A stretch of DNA of 64,000 nt from Escherichia phage ESCO5, in sequence record NC_047776.2; one strand, 5' to 3'. Below, piece after piece: positions 37,089 to 47,663 of the stretch. Made by a program: the position numbers and the translations under genes. Within the stretch, counting starts at the first letter, position 1, and the number at the start of each line of letters is the position of its first letter. Below the pieces are notes generated by a model that saw only the letters and a list, made by a program, of their open reading frames with translations, did no database searches and was not told the DNA's origin.

Positions 37089-37103
37089 TACTTATCTCCT
37101 CAC

Positions 37104-37295
37104 TTAAAATGGAAGTCTTTGAAGTTCATCTCCTCCGATATCAAGTAATTTAGCAACATCTCGATCAGAAAGCAACTCTTTTCTTTGTAAAATATCCACA
37201 AGGGTTGCAAGAATGTCCTTAACGTCCCGATCACTGTTCTTCAAAAGTTCTCCTGCCGTCCCTACCCTATCTCCTACAGCAAAATATGTAACCAT
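37104..37295 (-). CDS. hypothetical small protein
   Basis: Start placed at the ATG after AGGAGG (MVTYFAVGD...), 63 aa; track ORF extends into nrdG. Confidence 0.4.
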   Translation of the reverse strand: MVTYFAVGDRVGTAGELLKNSDRDVKDILATLVDILQRKELLSDRDVAKLLDIGGDELQRLPF

Positions 37296-37308
37296 AAAAC
37301 CTCCTACG

Positions 37309-37779
37309 CTAATCTGATTGCCAACCACTCGCCGTTTTGGTCCATAATCTTTGATTATCTGACCCTCTGAAAGGTTTTGTGGTTGGATTGTTTATTTCAT
37401 ACTTTCCGTCTACAATAATGTCAACAAGATTTTTAATATACAAAGGCACTTCCTCAAAAGTATATCCTGTATACACCATTATATCTTTGCTTGACCCATA
37501 AACGTCTCTAACCTTTTCTATAAGGTTTTTAACATTGTAAATATTCTGCGGATCTAATGGTTCTCCTCCTAAAATTGTTAAACCTTTTACAAACGGTCTT
37601 GACAAATCTTTTAAAACTTGCTCTACATTTTCGTTAGTGAACGGTTTCCCATAAGAATAAGACCAGGCTTTCTGGTTAAAACAGCCACGACAACCGTGGC
37701 TACAACCACTAACCCAGAGGGAGCACCTAACTCCCTCACCATTAATAAGATCTACAGGTTCATATCCTGCAAAATTCAA
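37309..37779 (-). CDS. nrdG: anaerobic ribonucleotide reductase activating protein (radical SAM)
   Basis: 156 aa; CSHGCRGC (CxxxCxxC) cluster near the N-terminus; immediately downstream of nrdD with overlapping stop/start. Confidence 0.8.
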   Translation of the reverse strand: MNFAGYEPVDLINGEGVRCSLWVSGCSHGCRGCFNQKAWSYSYGKPFTNENVEQVLKDLSRPFVKGLTILGGEPLDPQNIYNVKNLIEKVRDVYGSSKDIMVYTGYTFEEVPLYIKNLVDIIVDGKYEINNPTTKPFRGSDNQRLWTKTASGWQSD

Positions 37780-39590
37780 AGATGTTTCTCCCTTTGCAAA
37801 ACTTCCTGCATTTTACCTTTGTTATAAGGCCGTGAATTAGGGGCAGAAAGATACCCTGATACACGTCTAACTACAGAAATAGTTTCTTCTTCATGGTTGC
37901 CACAATTAGGACACTCAAACCCTTTAGCCGTTGCCTTAAATTCTCCATGAAAACCACACTTAAAGCATTGATCCACGGGCTGATTAATACCAAAATAGTG
38001 AATATGTTCATAAGCGTAGTCTACTAAAGTCTCCAAAGCTTCTAAGTTATTCTTTAAGTTTGGTGTTTCGACATAACTTATGTTACCACCATTGCTAATC
38101 TGTGCAAAACCTGCTTCATAATCCCATTTTTCAAAAGGATTTGTTACCAACCATACAGGTTGATGAAAAGAATTAGTAAGATAGTCTCTTTCTACCAGAC
38201 CTGGATATTTTTCATTTAAAGCTGTTGCAAATTTATAGCACAAGGATTCTGCTGGAGTTCCATAAAGACTAAATGCCAACTTAGATCGTTCTTTAAACAC
38301 AGCACACACATCTTTCATATGTTGCAGAATGTTTTTACCTAGTTCCTTTTTATCTTTTTCCTCTGGATAAAGGATTTCCAAAGCTTCGGCAAGACCTACA
38401 TAACCAATACTAATAGAAGCATAACCACCTTCAAACAAAGCACCAATTTCATCGTTGGCATTTAAACGCGCTAAAGCCCCTTCCATGAAAAGAATAGGGT
38501 TTTCAGATGCTTTGGTATGTCTGATACGGTTTACACGTAGCATGTGAGCATCGTAGGCTATCTCCATATGTTTATTAAGAAGATCGGTGAAAGATTCTCC
38601 TTTACTTCTCGCTTCCGCAGCAATCAGAGGCAAGTTGATAGAAACTACTCCAAGGTTGAATCGTCCATCATATTTTTCTCCTTGTTCGGTGGCATAGTAC
38701 GACAAAAAGGAACGACAACCCATACTCGTAACGGTACCATCTGCTGATCCCGTAACTTCTTTGTTCAAAGGAACAGAAATAAAATCTGGATAAATACGAT
38801 CAGCACAACATGCCAAAGCTTGTTGCTTAAGGTCGTAGTTAGGATCACTAGGTTTCATGTTAACACCTTCTTGTAAAAAGAAAATAACTTTAGGGAATAC
38901 AGGCGTTACATGATCTTTACCTAGACCGTTACTATGCACTTTAAGATAGTTAGCTGTGATCATTCTGCCAAAAACAGAGGTATCCAGACCCATACTGATT
39001 GTAATAAAAGGAGATTGTCCATTAACACTCATTAAAGTGTTAACCTGATACAAAAGAGTTTGCATAGCGTCATATACATCTTGTTCGGTCATTTCTAGGG
39101 CTTCTTTCCTTGCATAACAACCGTAGCGACGTTTGGTTATCTCCATGTTTTTAAGGAAACTGGCTTCAACATAAGGACTAAGACCTTTATCAATGTGCGC
39201 ACACGTCTGACCTCCATACTGACTGGAGGCAACAGCTTGGATGATTTGAGTTAGCACTGTAGTAGCTACTCCAATAGATTTTGGTTTTTCTATCTGTGCA
39301 GCACCGATCTTAAAACCATTCTCTAACATATCTTGATAATTAACAAGACAACAGTTTGTAAGAGGAGAGAGCAGATAATCCAAGTCGTGAATATGTCCAA
39401 AACCTTCTGTATGCCATTCTGACAAGTTTTTTGGCAGTATCTGTGTCATTGCCATATGTTTGCTTAAAATCCCCGCCAAGAGATCCCTGTGCGTGTTAAC
39501 AAGGTGGGAAGGTTTGTTTGCATTCTCTCTAGTGTATGTTTCTGAAGTGCGATCTAAAAAAGAAAAAACATCTTGGTACAAATCTTTCAT
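37776..39590 (-). CDS. nrdD: anaerobic ribonucleoside-triphosphate reductase
   Basis: 604 aa; C-terminal zinc ribbon (CFKCG...CPNCG) and glycyl-radical motif RRVSGYL. Confidence 0.85.
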   Translation of the reverse strand: MKDLYQDVFSFLDRTSETYTRENANKPSHLVNTHRDLLAGILSKHMAMTQILPKNLSEWHTEGFGHIHDLDYLLSPLTNCCLVNYQDMLENGFKIGAAQIEKPKSIGVATTVLTQIIQAVASSQYGGQTCAHIDKGLSPYVEASFLKNMEITKRRYGCYARKEALEMTEQDVYDAMQTLLYQVNTLMSVNGQSPFITISMGLDTSVFGRMITANYLKVHSNGLGKDHVTPVFPKVIFFLQEGVNMKPSDPNYDLKQQALACCADRIYPDFISVPLNKEVTGSADGTVTSMGCRSFLSYYATEQGEKYDGRFNLGVVSINLPLIAAEARSKGESFTDLLNKHMEIAYDAHMLRVNRIRHTKASENPILFMEGALARLNANDEIGALFEGGYASISIGYVGLAEALEILYPEEKDKKELGKNILQHMKDVCAVFKERSKLAFSLYGTPAESLCYKFATALNEKYPGLVERDYLTNSFHQPVWLVTNPFEKWDYEAGFAQISNGGNISYVETPNLKNNLEALETLVDYAYEHIHYFGINQPVDQCFKCGFHGEFKATAKGFECPNCGNHEEETISVVRRVSGYLSAPNSRPYNKGKMQEVLQREKHL

Positions 39591-39693
39591 TATTAATCCT
39601 TATTTTGTGAGTAGAACTATTATTCTACCTCTTTCAACCGAAAAAAGCTTTGAGGGAAATCAAAAAAGGCGCAAAGTGCGCCTTTAAGTTTTA

Positions 39694-41079
39694 TCATTTG
39701 GAGAGGAATTGTCTTCCCATGATCTTACCGTTCTTCACAGCGGTCCCATCGTGTCCATTGTAATCCCAGGTTCCATCGATATTACGCAAGAAGCTATCAC
39801 GAACAGTATAGGCTTTACCGTTCTCTACTTTACTTTCTTCCACAATGATTGCCATAACAAGCTTATTTTCAATTTCGGTAGTAACCGATTCTTTGATACC
39901 CTCTGTAACTTCACGATCATATTGGATATAAACTCGCTCCTCGGTTACTTGCACGTCTACCACATTTTTAAATGTGTAGGTCTGTTGCGTAGTGTAGAGG
40001 ACACGAACGACACTCTTCTTACCTACCGGAGGCTTCTTACGAGGCTTACGGTAACGTGGTTTAGGGTTGTTAGTTGGAAGCCAACCAACAATATCCCGAT
40101 CATATCCAACATGACCCCAAGTGAAATGCGTAGCCGATCCACTATCCGTAGTTCCGTCACGAAAGAGAACTTCTACGTGACCACCACAAGGGCGGTGTCC
40201 ACCATTATTATAGTTGTATTTTGCCGTGCGCGGGAGAATGAAGTATTCTTTAATCGCCCACTCTTCCAGATTGTCGATATTCCAAGTGAATACTGTTCCC
40301 TTAGCAACATCTGTTTGACCATTGTTGAAGCGAACCTGCACGAAATCTTCCGAAGGCATAACACCTGTGTTCGGCAGATATTCAAATGCAGTATCTTCCG
40401 CTACAAACTGTTCTTCCTCTTGCTCCTCAATACTTGGCACAGGCGCAGCTTCATCGTATTTCGCAGCAAACATATTTTTAAATTCTTGAGCCGTGACTTC
40501 TACAAGGCCGCGATCACCAGTAGCAGCAGAGTGTGGGCGTGGTAAATCCCCAACTTCAATATGCATTGCATCTAAGCCTGCTTGACGATCAAAGAAGATA
40601 ACCTTGCGGAATTGTTTATCTTTATATTGTGGCAGTTCATACATACTTGGATCGATTGTCTTCAAACGTTCAGCATCTTCTGGCTTCCAGAAGCTTTTAC
40701 CTGTTGCAAATCTAAAGTCTACCAGTAGTTTAACAACATCTCCTAATGATAAACTATCTGCATCTACGAAAACGTCTTCGATTCCCAATAACCCTGATTT
40801 CTTAAGAATCAAATCTAACATGTAACCTCCTGTGGTTTGTTCTGCGTCTGGATAACGATCAACACTGGTGCTGGTTACACCGTTTATTTCACCAGTGGAG
40901 GCATTGTAGGAAATATATGGGAAGGTCATATCGTTCATTGCAAAATCACCTGAACAGGTTGGATCATCTTCTCCCTCCCAGCCATACACCTTCACAATAC
41001 CTTCACACAATTTGTCATACACACCAGCGCGACGTGCTGCTTCAGCAACTTCCTGTTTACGGGCAAATTTATTAATCAT
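39694..41079 (-). CDS. hypothetical protein
   Basis: Start placed at the ATG after AGGAGG (MINKF...), 461 aa; no recognised motif. Confidence 0.55.
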   Translation of the reverse strand: MINKFARKQEVAEAARRAGVYDKLCEGIVKVYGWEGEDDPTCSGDFAMNDMTFPYISYNASTGEINGVTSTSVDRYPDAEQTTGGYMLDLILKKSGLLGIEDVFVDADSLSLGDVVKLLVDFRFATGKSFWKPEDAERLKTIDPSMYELPQYKDKQFRKVIFFDRQAGLDAMHIEVGDLPRPHSAATGDRGLVEVTAQEFKNMFAAKYDEAAPVPSIEEQEEEQFVAEDTAFEYLPNTGVMPSEDFVQVRFNNGQTDVAKGTVFTWNIDNLEEWAIKEYFILPRTAKYNYNNGGHRPCGGHVEVLFRDGTTDSGSATHFTWGHVGYDRDIVGWLPTNNPKPRYRKPRKKPPVGKKSVVRVLYTTQQTYTFKNVVDVQVTEERVYIQYDREVTEGIKESVTTEIENKLVMAIIVEESKVENGKAYTVRDSFLRNIDGTWDYNGHDGTAVKNGKIMGRQFLSK

Positions 41080-41629
41080 GATTCCTCCTGTTAATTGCCA
41101 TAGATGCACGAGGTTCGGCTATGGCTGTTGCATAAATATATGGATGACCTTGTGGGGACAATCTTGTTCCGAATGACCCTAATTCTAAACCATTCATGTC
41201 TTCCACGTCAAGCCCTATTTCTGTTTCTACAATTCTTGTTTGGACTTTGTAGTAGGTCCAGAAGAAGTATCGCATTTCTTCGGCATACTCTTTCACTTCA
41301 CCAAAGCTGGGATAGAACTCAATCAACTCCAGCTTCAAGAAGATGTTGAAGTGAGAATCATCCAACACTTCCTCTGTGCGGTAACATGGTGTCAGGGCCA
41401 TGTAGGGATGACCAGCGATAAACTCGTAGCCATCCTTTTCCATTTGCAAGAATGATTGCTCGGCACTGGCAACATAAAACTTCCCATTAGGATGCCCCAA
41501 AGGAGCATCTTCTTTGCCAGGTGGCAGTGTGAATGCCAAAATATCTGCATCCACTAAATAAGGAACATCTAACATTTCAGCAAAGCGTCCATAACTCTGG
41601 ATGGCTTCGGCAATCACACCTGTGTTCAT
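41072..41629 (-). CDS. hypothetical protein
   Basis: 185-aa ORF. Confidence 0.5.
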   Translation of the reverse strand: MNTGVIAEAIQSYGRFAEMLDVPYLVDADILAFTLPPGKEDAPLGHPNGKFYVASAEQSFLQMEKDGYEFIAGHPYMALTPCYRTEEVLDDSHFNIFLKLELIEFYPSFGEVKEYAEEMRYFFWTYYKVQTRIVETEIGLDVEDMNGLELGSFGTRLSPQGHPYIYATAIAEPRASMAINRRNHD

Positions 41630-41877
41630 GACCTTCCTCCTGTGCGGAAAGCGCGTTTAGTAATGTTGGACATAATGATTAAATCTTGTAAAGTCATATC
41701 TGGGAACTGTTGTTCTAAAACTCCCTCGACAGCCCCTATAATATCTGACAATTCAACAAGTTGCATTATTTTGCAATCCTGCTCAACAGCATCAAAAAGT
41801 TCTTCTACTTCCTCTTTAATCTTTTCTATGCTGCCATAAGGTTGTTTCTTAATGTCTGTTATGTGATACCCTGCCAT
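41626..41877 (-). CDS. small all-alpha protein, possibly MazG-like nucleotide pyrophosphohydrolase
   Basis: 83 aa; EEVEELFDAVE and ELSDIIGAVEGV resemble the MazG/HisE-type EExxE...D motifs; weak. Confidence 0.35.
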   Translation of the reverse strand: MAGYHITDIKKQPYGSIEKIKEEVEELFDAVEQDCKIMQLVELSDIIGAVEGVLEQQFPDMTLQDLIIMSNITKRAFRTGGRS

Positions 41878-43470
41878 TTAACGATCCTCTCTGATTTGAT
41901 TAATCTTACGAGCAAGGGCAGCTATAAGCTTATCTTCTTCAGATACAGGAGCCGTGCTCTTACCTAAACGATGCATGTCTAAAATCTCTTGAACAGTTCG
42001 GTTCCATTGCAGACATTTAATACAACGTGTATGTGCAACATACAGAAGATTTCGTTCTGATTCTTCAAGACCTACCCACTCACCCTTCTTATCGTAATTA
42101 GAAGGGAAGTCATTTGCAACAATAACCTGATCCCATTCCAAACCTTTTGATTTGTGGGCTGTAGTTAAAGTAACTTTAGCCGTTGGAGAGTTACGGTGCA
42201 TACGTAAAGTGTATGCAATATTATTAGCTTTACCAGAAACAACAATGTTTAAAAGTCGTTTTGCATCAGGATCTGATTCTGCACACTCTACAAATTCTTC
42301 CCAAGAAGTGTAAGGTAGAACTGTCTCATGCTTAACTTTGTCCAAATCACCTCTACGTAAAGCATTAACACTATCAACCATAGAAATGAAATCTTTGGTA
42401 TCTACGTTAATAATAATCTCTTCTCCGTTAGCGATTCGGTCCATAGCTTCGAGCAACAGGGTCAAATTCTTACGGAAAATAATGGTGTAAGGTTTACTAT
42501 AATCTACCACATCAGAATGAAAACTTCCAGTGACAGTATCATAACCTTTCCCTACCAGCGGATGCTTCAGAGGTGAGCGATCAGAAAGGATCGCATTAGC
42601 AATGTCCGCAACTTTAGGACCAAAGCGAAAACAAGCTGTCAGAGGCAACTCAACCCCATATGTAGCCGTTTGCTTCATCATGTTCTGGCTTCCACGGAAC
42701 TGATAAATACTCTGAAACTCATCACCCACAACAACAATACGTTTAGCCGATTTAGCATTGCGAAGGATAGACAGGAATGCAGGGTTAACATCCTGGAATT
42801 CATCTCCAAAAATAATATCGTATCCTAAATCTTCTTTACTCAATTCAAAGAGTTTCACATAGGTGTCATGAGTCATAATGGTTTCTGATTTAGGATCAAT
42901 ACGCTCACGCCAAAGTTGCTTCGCATATTTAACAACTTCGTTAATAAGTTTTTGTTCGTTGATGTTCTTACGTTTAAGATCTGACATATGCACTTTAGGA
43001 AAATGTTTATGTCCAATATATTCATCGTCAGAAAACTCGTATTTAGCTAAAGTTTGTTTTACCATTAACCCGATCATTGCACGAGTCAGTAGCACTTTAC
43101 CATTCTTATCAATCAAGTTCTGAATCTTGAATTTTTTGGCAATCTCACTACCAGTTCCAGCTACGTTAACATATTGACCTTCTGGACGAGACAATTTGTG
43201 TCGAAGGTTTTGTGGAAGACGCTGGTAACAGATTGAATGTAGCGTTCGGCACATAACATTAGGCGGCATTTTACGTCGAGCTTCCTCTGCCATACTTTTG
43301 TTAAACGCCAAGTATAGAATACTATCATTTGTGCCATTAGCCAACATATACAGCGTTGACGTTTTACCTGATCCAGATTTAGCTTGAATTGTAACGAAAC
43401 GATTTTCTTGATACCCACTTTCAATAGCGTATTGTTCGTCGGTAGGTGTAAAACTCAATTGTGTAGACAC
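41878..43470 (-). CDS. SF1 (UvrD/Dda-like) DNA helicase
   Basis: 530 aa; Walker A AKSGSGKTS, motif II FGDEFQD, VVVGDEFQSIY and TAHKSKGLEWD. Confidence 0.7.
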   Translation of the reverse strand: MSTQLSFTPTDEQYAIESGYQENRFVTIQAKSGSGKTSTLYMLANGTNDSILYLAFNKSMAEEARRKMPPNVMCRTLHSICYQRLPQNLRHKLSRPEGQYVNVAGTGSEIAKKFKIQNLIDKNGKVLLTRAMIGLMVKQTLAKYEFSDDEYIGHKHFPKVHMSDLKRKNINEQKLINEVVKYAKQLWRERIDPKSETIMTHDTYVKLFELSKEDLGYDIIFGDEFQDVNPAFLSILRNAKSAKRIVVVGDEFQSIYQFRGSQNMMKQTATYGVELPLTACFRFGPKVADIANAILSDRSPLKHPLVGKGYDTVTGSFHSDVVDYSKPYTIIFRKNLTLLLEAMDRIANGEEIIINVDTKDFISMVDSVNALRRGDLDKVKHETVLPYTSWEEFVECAESDPDAKRLLNIVVSGKANNIAYTLRMHRNSPTAKVTLTTAHKSKGLEWDQVIVANDFPSNYDKKGEWVGLEESERNLLYVAHTRCIKCLQWNRTVQEILDMHRLGKSTAPVSEEDKLIAALARKINQIREDR

Positions 43471-43484
43471 GTATTTCTCCTCTC

Positions 43485-43994
43485 TTAATAAAAACTCTTG
43501 ACAATCCTCATCATTTCCTTAGCTCTGCTGGCATAAGGTTCTTTTAGATTAGGTGGCAAATGTGCATTAATGTATCCCATTTGTTTTTCCCATGTCCACT
43601 TATCTTTAAATCTTGGCATGGTATCTCCTGCTAAACTGTTTTCTTTTCGTGTTTGAATAATCCAATTACATGGAAAATGCACACCACCTTTACGGAAGGG
43701 AATATAATGTCCCAATGTGAATGCCTTATTGTTCTTTAAACGTCCAGCTAAATTAAGATTAACAATAAGACTACGAAACACATAGTATTGATAAAGATTG
43801 TCAACAGTATATACAGAGTAGTATGCTCTAAGTGCATTATCTCTACTAAGATTACCAACATCCAAACTGCACCAGTTTAAATTACTTGGATCATAGTTGT
43901 GATTATCAATCCATTCTTCTCTTTCCTCAAATTCTGCATTAACAGCAGATTGCCCTGCTGTAGATACAAAAAGAGAATTTGCATCAAAGAACAT
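43485..43994 (-). CDS. hypothetical protein
   Basis: 169-aa ORF. Confidence 0.5.
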   Translation of the reverse strand: MFFDANSLFVSTAGQSAVNAEFEEREEWIDNHNYDPSNLNWCSLDVGNLSRDNALRAYYSVYTVDNLYQYYVFRSLIVNLNLAGRLKNNKAFTLGHYIPFRKGGVHFPCNWIIQTRKENSLAGDTMPRFKDKWTWEKQMGYINAHLPPNLKEPYASRAKEMMRIVKSFY

Positions 43995-44004
43995 ACTCCC
44001 TCCT

Positions 44005-44415
44005 TTAGTTTACATCGTTTAGAGCATTACCAATCTTTAAGATAATAACATCGTTAAGGGCTTCTTCTCCATTAAGGCCAGAGAAAGCAGGAGTAACGAA
44101 AGTTACCATATAATAATGGTCTTCTTGTAGGATTGCGATAACGCCGTCTAGTTTAACATCTCCTGTGAAACGAAAAACTTTCAACTTTTGTTCTAAAGGA
44201 AGATCTCCTTCAACATTTAAAACCATATCTCCAACACCAAACTTTTCTGCCCCGATGTAGATGTAAGCTTGGTCCTCTTTTTTATGATAATACAGTGTTG
44301 CTTGTTTGTCTTGTAGTGTTGTGATACCAAACACATCTACATCAATAATATTTTTCAAAAATTCTCCTCCCAAATCCAATAATTGTCTACATAAGTAGGA
44401 TGCCTTTTGTCCCAC
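44005..44415 (-). CDS. hypothetical protein
   Basis: 136-aa track ORF; an internal TTG 6 nt after GGAGG (about 44358) is an alternative start that avoids a 61-nt overlap. Confidence 0.45.
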   Translation of the reverse strand: MGQKASYLCRQLLDLGGEFLKNIIDVDVFGITTLQDKQATLYYHKKEDQAYIYIGAEKFGVGDMVLNVEGDLPLEQKLKVFRFTGDVKLDGVIAILQEDHYYMVTFVTPAFSGLNGEEALNDVIILKIGNALNDVN

Positions 44416-44723
44416 TCTTTTCTAGCCCAAGCCACGGCTGCTATCAATACATCTCCATGACAAGGTTGAGGGGAGCAGAAGCAAACTAAATCTTTCCCTT
44501 CTAGCTCTAATAAATCTTCAAGAGTGATCTTACCACAACGAATTTGCTCCCACAACCACTCTTTATACCTTTGTATAGTTGATCCTCGTGGTTCATCATC
44601 TTTTAACTTAAAAGGGTTTGCAAACTTGGAGGCTTTTAGTCCCATGTGTGGCATTGCTCTACCAATATAAACAGCACCTTCTGGGATTGTTTTGCCTAAA
44701 TGGTAAAAGTTTAATACCTTCAT
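44355..44723 (-). CDS. DUF4326-like protein
   Basis: 122 aa; NPF...GS...Y..W...CFC.P.PCHGDVL pattern recalled from that family. Confidence 0.45.
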   Translation of the reverse strand: MKVLNFYHLGKTIPEGAVYIGRAMPHMGLKASKFANPFKLKDDEPRGSTIQRYKEWLWEQIRCGKITLEDLLELEGKDLVCFCSPQPCHGDVLIAAVAWARKEWDKRHPTYVDNYWIWEENF

Positions 44724-44724
44724 A

Positions 44725-45087
44725 TTAACCTAAACACATACGTGCGATCAGACCTTGAATTAGTTTATCTGCTTCTTCTCGATCATAGTCGGTATCTTCT
44801 ATACCACCATCTTCGTCACGATAAACTTTACCTTCCAGGTACCCAGCATCGATCAAACCAATAATCAAATCGAACTGCCAACAAGAATTACCGAAAGGAC
44901 GTTTTCCACTGAAACTGTCTTCTTCTTCCCAAAGTGTAGAGAGCAGTCGTCTGAAATATTCACGCACAGTAACAGTGCCAAGATCATCGTCTTCAAAAAC
45001 AACATCTAAAGCATCTGGTTCAGCTTTATCTACAACAGGCACATAACGTTGACCATTAATAACAACATCTACAATCGTTTCTCTCAT
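44725..45087 (-). CDS. hypothetical acidic protein
   Basis: 120-aa ORF. Confidence 0.5.
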   Translation of the reverse strand: MRETIVDVVINGQRYVPVVDKAEPDALDVVFEDDDLGTVTVREYFRRLLSTLWEEEDSFSGKRPFGNSCWQFDLIIGLIDAGYLEGKVYRDEDGGIEDTDYDREEADKLIQGLIARMCLG

Positions 45088-45446
45088 TTTTCCTCCTTCT
45101 TGTATTCTAAGAACATGTCAACTTCATAAGCTGCCCGTTCATTAAATTTACTAGGATCTACTAAAATAAAAAGTTGTTTATTTATATCTTGAAACTCTTT
45201 TACTACAATGTAAAGGTGTTTCTTACAAGAGAAGCCTGTTGCTTGATAAGCATCGCCCCAATCATCCACACCTTTTAATGTTTCTACATACTTACATTTT
45301 ATTTTATCTTTACCGTCTTGGTAAAGTGCTTCACCTCCGAACCATGTGAAGAATTTAGTGCGATCTGCCCCAACCTTAAAGCCGTCACGAGCAAAAACAC
45401 CAGTAGAGGCTAATAACAGCAAGGCAAACAGCACTTTTCTCATCAC
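45084..45446 (-). CDS. hypothetical secreted protein
   Basis: 120 aa; N-terminal signal-like segment (MMRKVLFALLLLASTGVFA). Confidence 0.5.
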   Translation of the reverse strand: MMRKVLFALLLLASTGVFARDGFKVGADRTKFFTWFGGEALYQDGKDKIKCKYVETLKGVDDWGDAYQATGFSCKKHLYIVVKEFQDINKQLFILVDPSKFNERAAYEVDMFLEYKKEEK

Positions 45447-45751
45447 ATCTCCTCGTCGGACTTCAAGGCTTTAGAGAATACTACATTAAACATTTCACCG
45501 CAACCATTATTAACATAATACATGATGTAATTATCATCTTCGTCTACAGGCGCACGATACTCCAATTCATAACTATACAGATTAGAATTACTTGTGCAAC
45601 CTTGTGGATACCAAAAGTAAAGTTCACCACAAGATTCTACCCATTTAAGACCAGTCCGATCTTCAAACACCAATGTAGAAGGGTTTTCTGAATCTTTCAC
45701 AGCTTCTTCATACTGTTGATGTACCATAACTGCTAATGATAATGTACTCAT
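45443..45751 (-). CDS. hypothetical protein
   Basis: Start placed at the ATG after GGAGG (track begins at a GTG one codon upstream). Confidence 0.5.
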   Translation of the reverse strand: MSTLSLAVMVHQQYEEAVKDSENPSTLVFEDRTGLKWVESCGELYFWYPQGCTSNSNLYSYELEYRAPVDEDDNYIMYYVNNGCGEMFNVVFSKALKSDEEM

Positions 45752-45924
45752 CACGCCTCCAAATAGTGTTTACAAATGACAAAACGCCATGTTTGTTTAT
45801 AATAGTTTCTTTTTTCAAGAGCCTCTTTGTAAGAGGGTATACGTTGCGACAGAAGCATCCATTCACAATCTGCACCCATTCTTCCATAAAGCGCGTAACG
45901 GATGTTACTTTGTTTATCTCCCAT
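45751..45924 (-). CDS. hypothetical small protein (below the ORF-track cutoff)
   Basis: 57 codons; AAGGAGG upstream of the ATG; stop overlaps the next ATG. Confidence 0.3.
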   Translation of the reverse strand: MGDKQSNIRYALYGRMGADCEWMLLSQRIPSYKEALEKRNYYKQTWRFVICKHYLEA

Positions 45925-45967
45925 AAATGCCTCCTTAATCTTGTTTACAAGTATACCCTCTAATTAG

Positions 45968-46165
45968 TTACACTTTTTCCCAAGTACCAAAAGCACAGGA
46001 AGGGTAGATTCCAACTTGAGGGTTTCCGTTATCATCTTTGAAAGTAAAACTGTTGTTGTCTTTATCAAGAACTGTAGAATAAATCTTACCAACAGTAACG
46101 CAGTTGGAAGCTTGACCCAGTTCAGTAAGAGTAAGACATTTCATTTTCTGTTTCTTTGTAGCCAT
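45968..46165 (-). CDS. hypothetical protein
   Basis: 65-aa ORF. Confidence 0.45.
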   Translation of the reverse strand: MATKKQKMKCLTLTELGQASNCVTVGKIYSTVLDKDNNSFTFKDDNGNPQVGIYPSCAFGTWEKV

Positions 46166-46247
46166 TTATAAAGTCTCCTTAGTAAGTGAATCTTTATTCT
46201 ACACAAAGAGCTTTGCACATGTCAAGTAACTCTTTGTGAGATTAATC

Positions 46248-46517
46248 TTAATGATTGATGATGTTGATGACGATCTTAGTTTCAACCTTAGCCCAACAGG
46301 AATCTGCTTCATTAAAACGACTATTTGCAATGTATTCTCCTGCACGAGAACCTGTTAAGCAAACTGCACCTGTATCTGTAGCTAAGTAGTAGTCCCGTTC
46401 TTGTTCATTTACTTCTGAGTTGTAGTAATAGAAAACAGACATAGGTTCAATTTCAGATAAACGGTATAACTTTGGAACAGGGGATTTCTCGATAAACTCA
46501 ACAGAAGTTTTACTCAT
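46248..46517 (-). CDS. hypothetical protein
   Basis: 89-aa ORF. Confidence 0.5.
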   Translation of the reverse strand: MSKTSVEFIEKSPVPKLYRLSEIEPMSVFYYYNSEVNEQERDYYLATDTGAVCLTGSRAGEYIANSRFNEADSCWAKVETKIVINIINH

Positions 46518-46750
46518 TTGTTTTCTCCTAGATCTAAACTAATTAAGAAGTCACGAAGGATGATCATTTGTTCTGTAGACAATGATAATACACCTTCTCC
46601 ATAAATATCACCAGACCATTCAGCAGTTAGATCTAGTGTACCAGTACCAGGAAACCAATCAATAGTGATCTGATTACCATTAGAGTCAGGTAGTATTTCA
46701 CTGACTAACATAACACACTCTCCTATTATTGTTCTTGATCTTACGATCAT
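46514..46750 (-). CDS. hypothetical protein
   Basis: 78-aa ORF; stop overlaps the next start. Confidence 0.5.
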   Translation of the reverse strand: MIVRSRTIIGECVMLVSEILPDSNGNQITIDWFPGTGTLDLTAEWSGDIYGEGVLSLSTEQMIILRDFLISLDLGENK

Positions 46751-46880
46751 CTACCGATAAGAACAAGTACTTAAATCTCTGTTCTTCGAACATCTAACGA
46801 TAGAGATTAATCTATTACATAATCTATACTCGCTATCGCTCGACCCTTCGGGGTTAGGGTAGCATATTTTTTGAAAAAAG

Positions 46881-47204
46881 TCAACACTTATTTTTGGTAA
46901 GTAGATAAATCAATTGTTCACCTGCTTCTGGTGCATATAGTGCTTTAGTATCGAAGTCAAAGAAGTGAGTGACTCCTGTTACTTTGGATGCCTGAATAGA
47001 TAATCGTGCAAGCTTAAGCAGATTATCCATTTCTGCAATCTTTGCACGAAACACTGCACGTGTAGCGTCAAAAGCTGCATGTGGCATGTATTTACGATTT
47101 AGACTACTACGTTTAAATTTACGATAATCTGCAATGATCTTGTTACGTTCTTTGTTCAAGTGCTTTACCAGTGCAGTGTATACATGTGGTTCTTTGTTAG
47201 CCAT
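46881..47204 (-). CDS. hypothetical basic protein
   Basis: Start placed at the ATG after GAGGAG (MANKEPHVY...); track ORF extends to 47237. Confidence 0.5.
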   Translation of the reverse strand: MANKEPHVYTALVKHLNKERNKIIADYRKFKRSSLNRKYMPHAAFDATRAVFRAKIAEMDNLLKLARLSIQASKVTGVTHFFDFDTKALYAPEAGEQLIYLLTKNKC

Positions 47205-47409
47205 TGTTAATCTCCTCTTCATATGTTGGTAGTGCATGGTATGCGATCACAGGTGCCAAGTCAAAATAAAAATGACCATTGATAACAGCTATCGTGCCAT
47301 TGCGTGTTTTGTTAACTTCACAGAATCCCTTCTTGCCGTTTGCCATGATTACAAGCCACTCTCCGATAGGAACATCCTCGGTACCAGATACTTTAATCCA
47401 TCCACTCAC
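47197..47409 (-). CDS. hypothetical protein
   Basis: 70-aa ORF. Confidence 0.45.
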   Translation of the reverse strand: MSGWIKVSGTEDVPIGEWLVIMANGKKGFCEVNKTRNGTIAVINGHFYFDLAPVIAYHALPTYEEEINNG

Positions 47410-47663
47410 TTTACTTCCCCTTTGTAATCGGACACTATACCAGGTCTTACTTTTGCCTTAAGATGTTTCAACTCTACCATAGGAGTTGCCACTTGTATAG
47501 GGCTAACTTCAACCTTGTAGATAGTATATTCATAAGTCGCATATTTACCGATGGAATGCAAATACTTAATTGCGTGTTCAGGGGAATCTGCTTCAACATA
47601 CCCTAAATCTTTCGTAGTGCGGCCTTCACAGTCGCCTTCTGTAGTTACGTGATAAAGTGTCAT
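47406..47663 (-). CDS. hypothetical protein
   Basis: 85-aa ORF. Confidence 0.5.
   Translation of the reverse strand: MTLYHVTTEGDCEGRTTKDLGYVEADSPEHAIKYLHSIGKYATYEYTIYKVEVSPIQVATPMVELKHLKAKVRPGIVSDYKGEVK

Noticed and set aside
46751-46880. Promoter plus stem-loop cassette on the - strand (TTGACT ... accccgaagggt hairpin).
   Set aside because: The -35-like hexamer overlaps the end of the upstream coding region and no acceptable -10 hexamer at proper spacing was found; only the hairpin is convincing.
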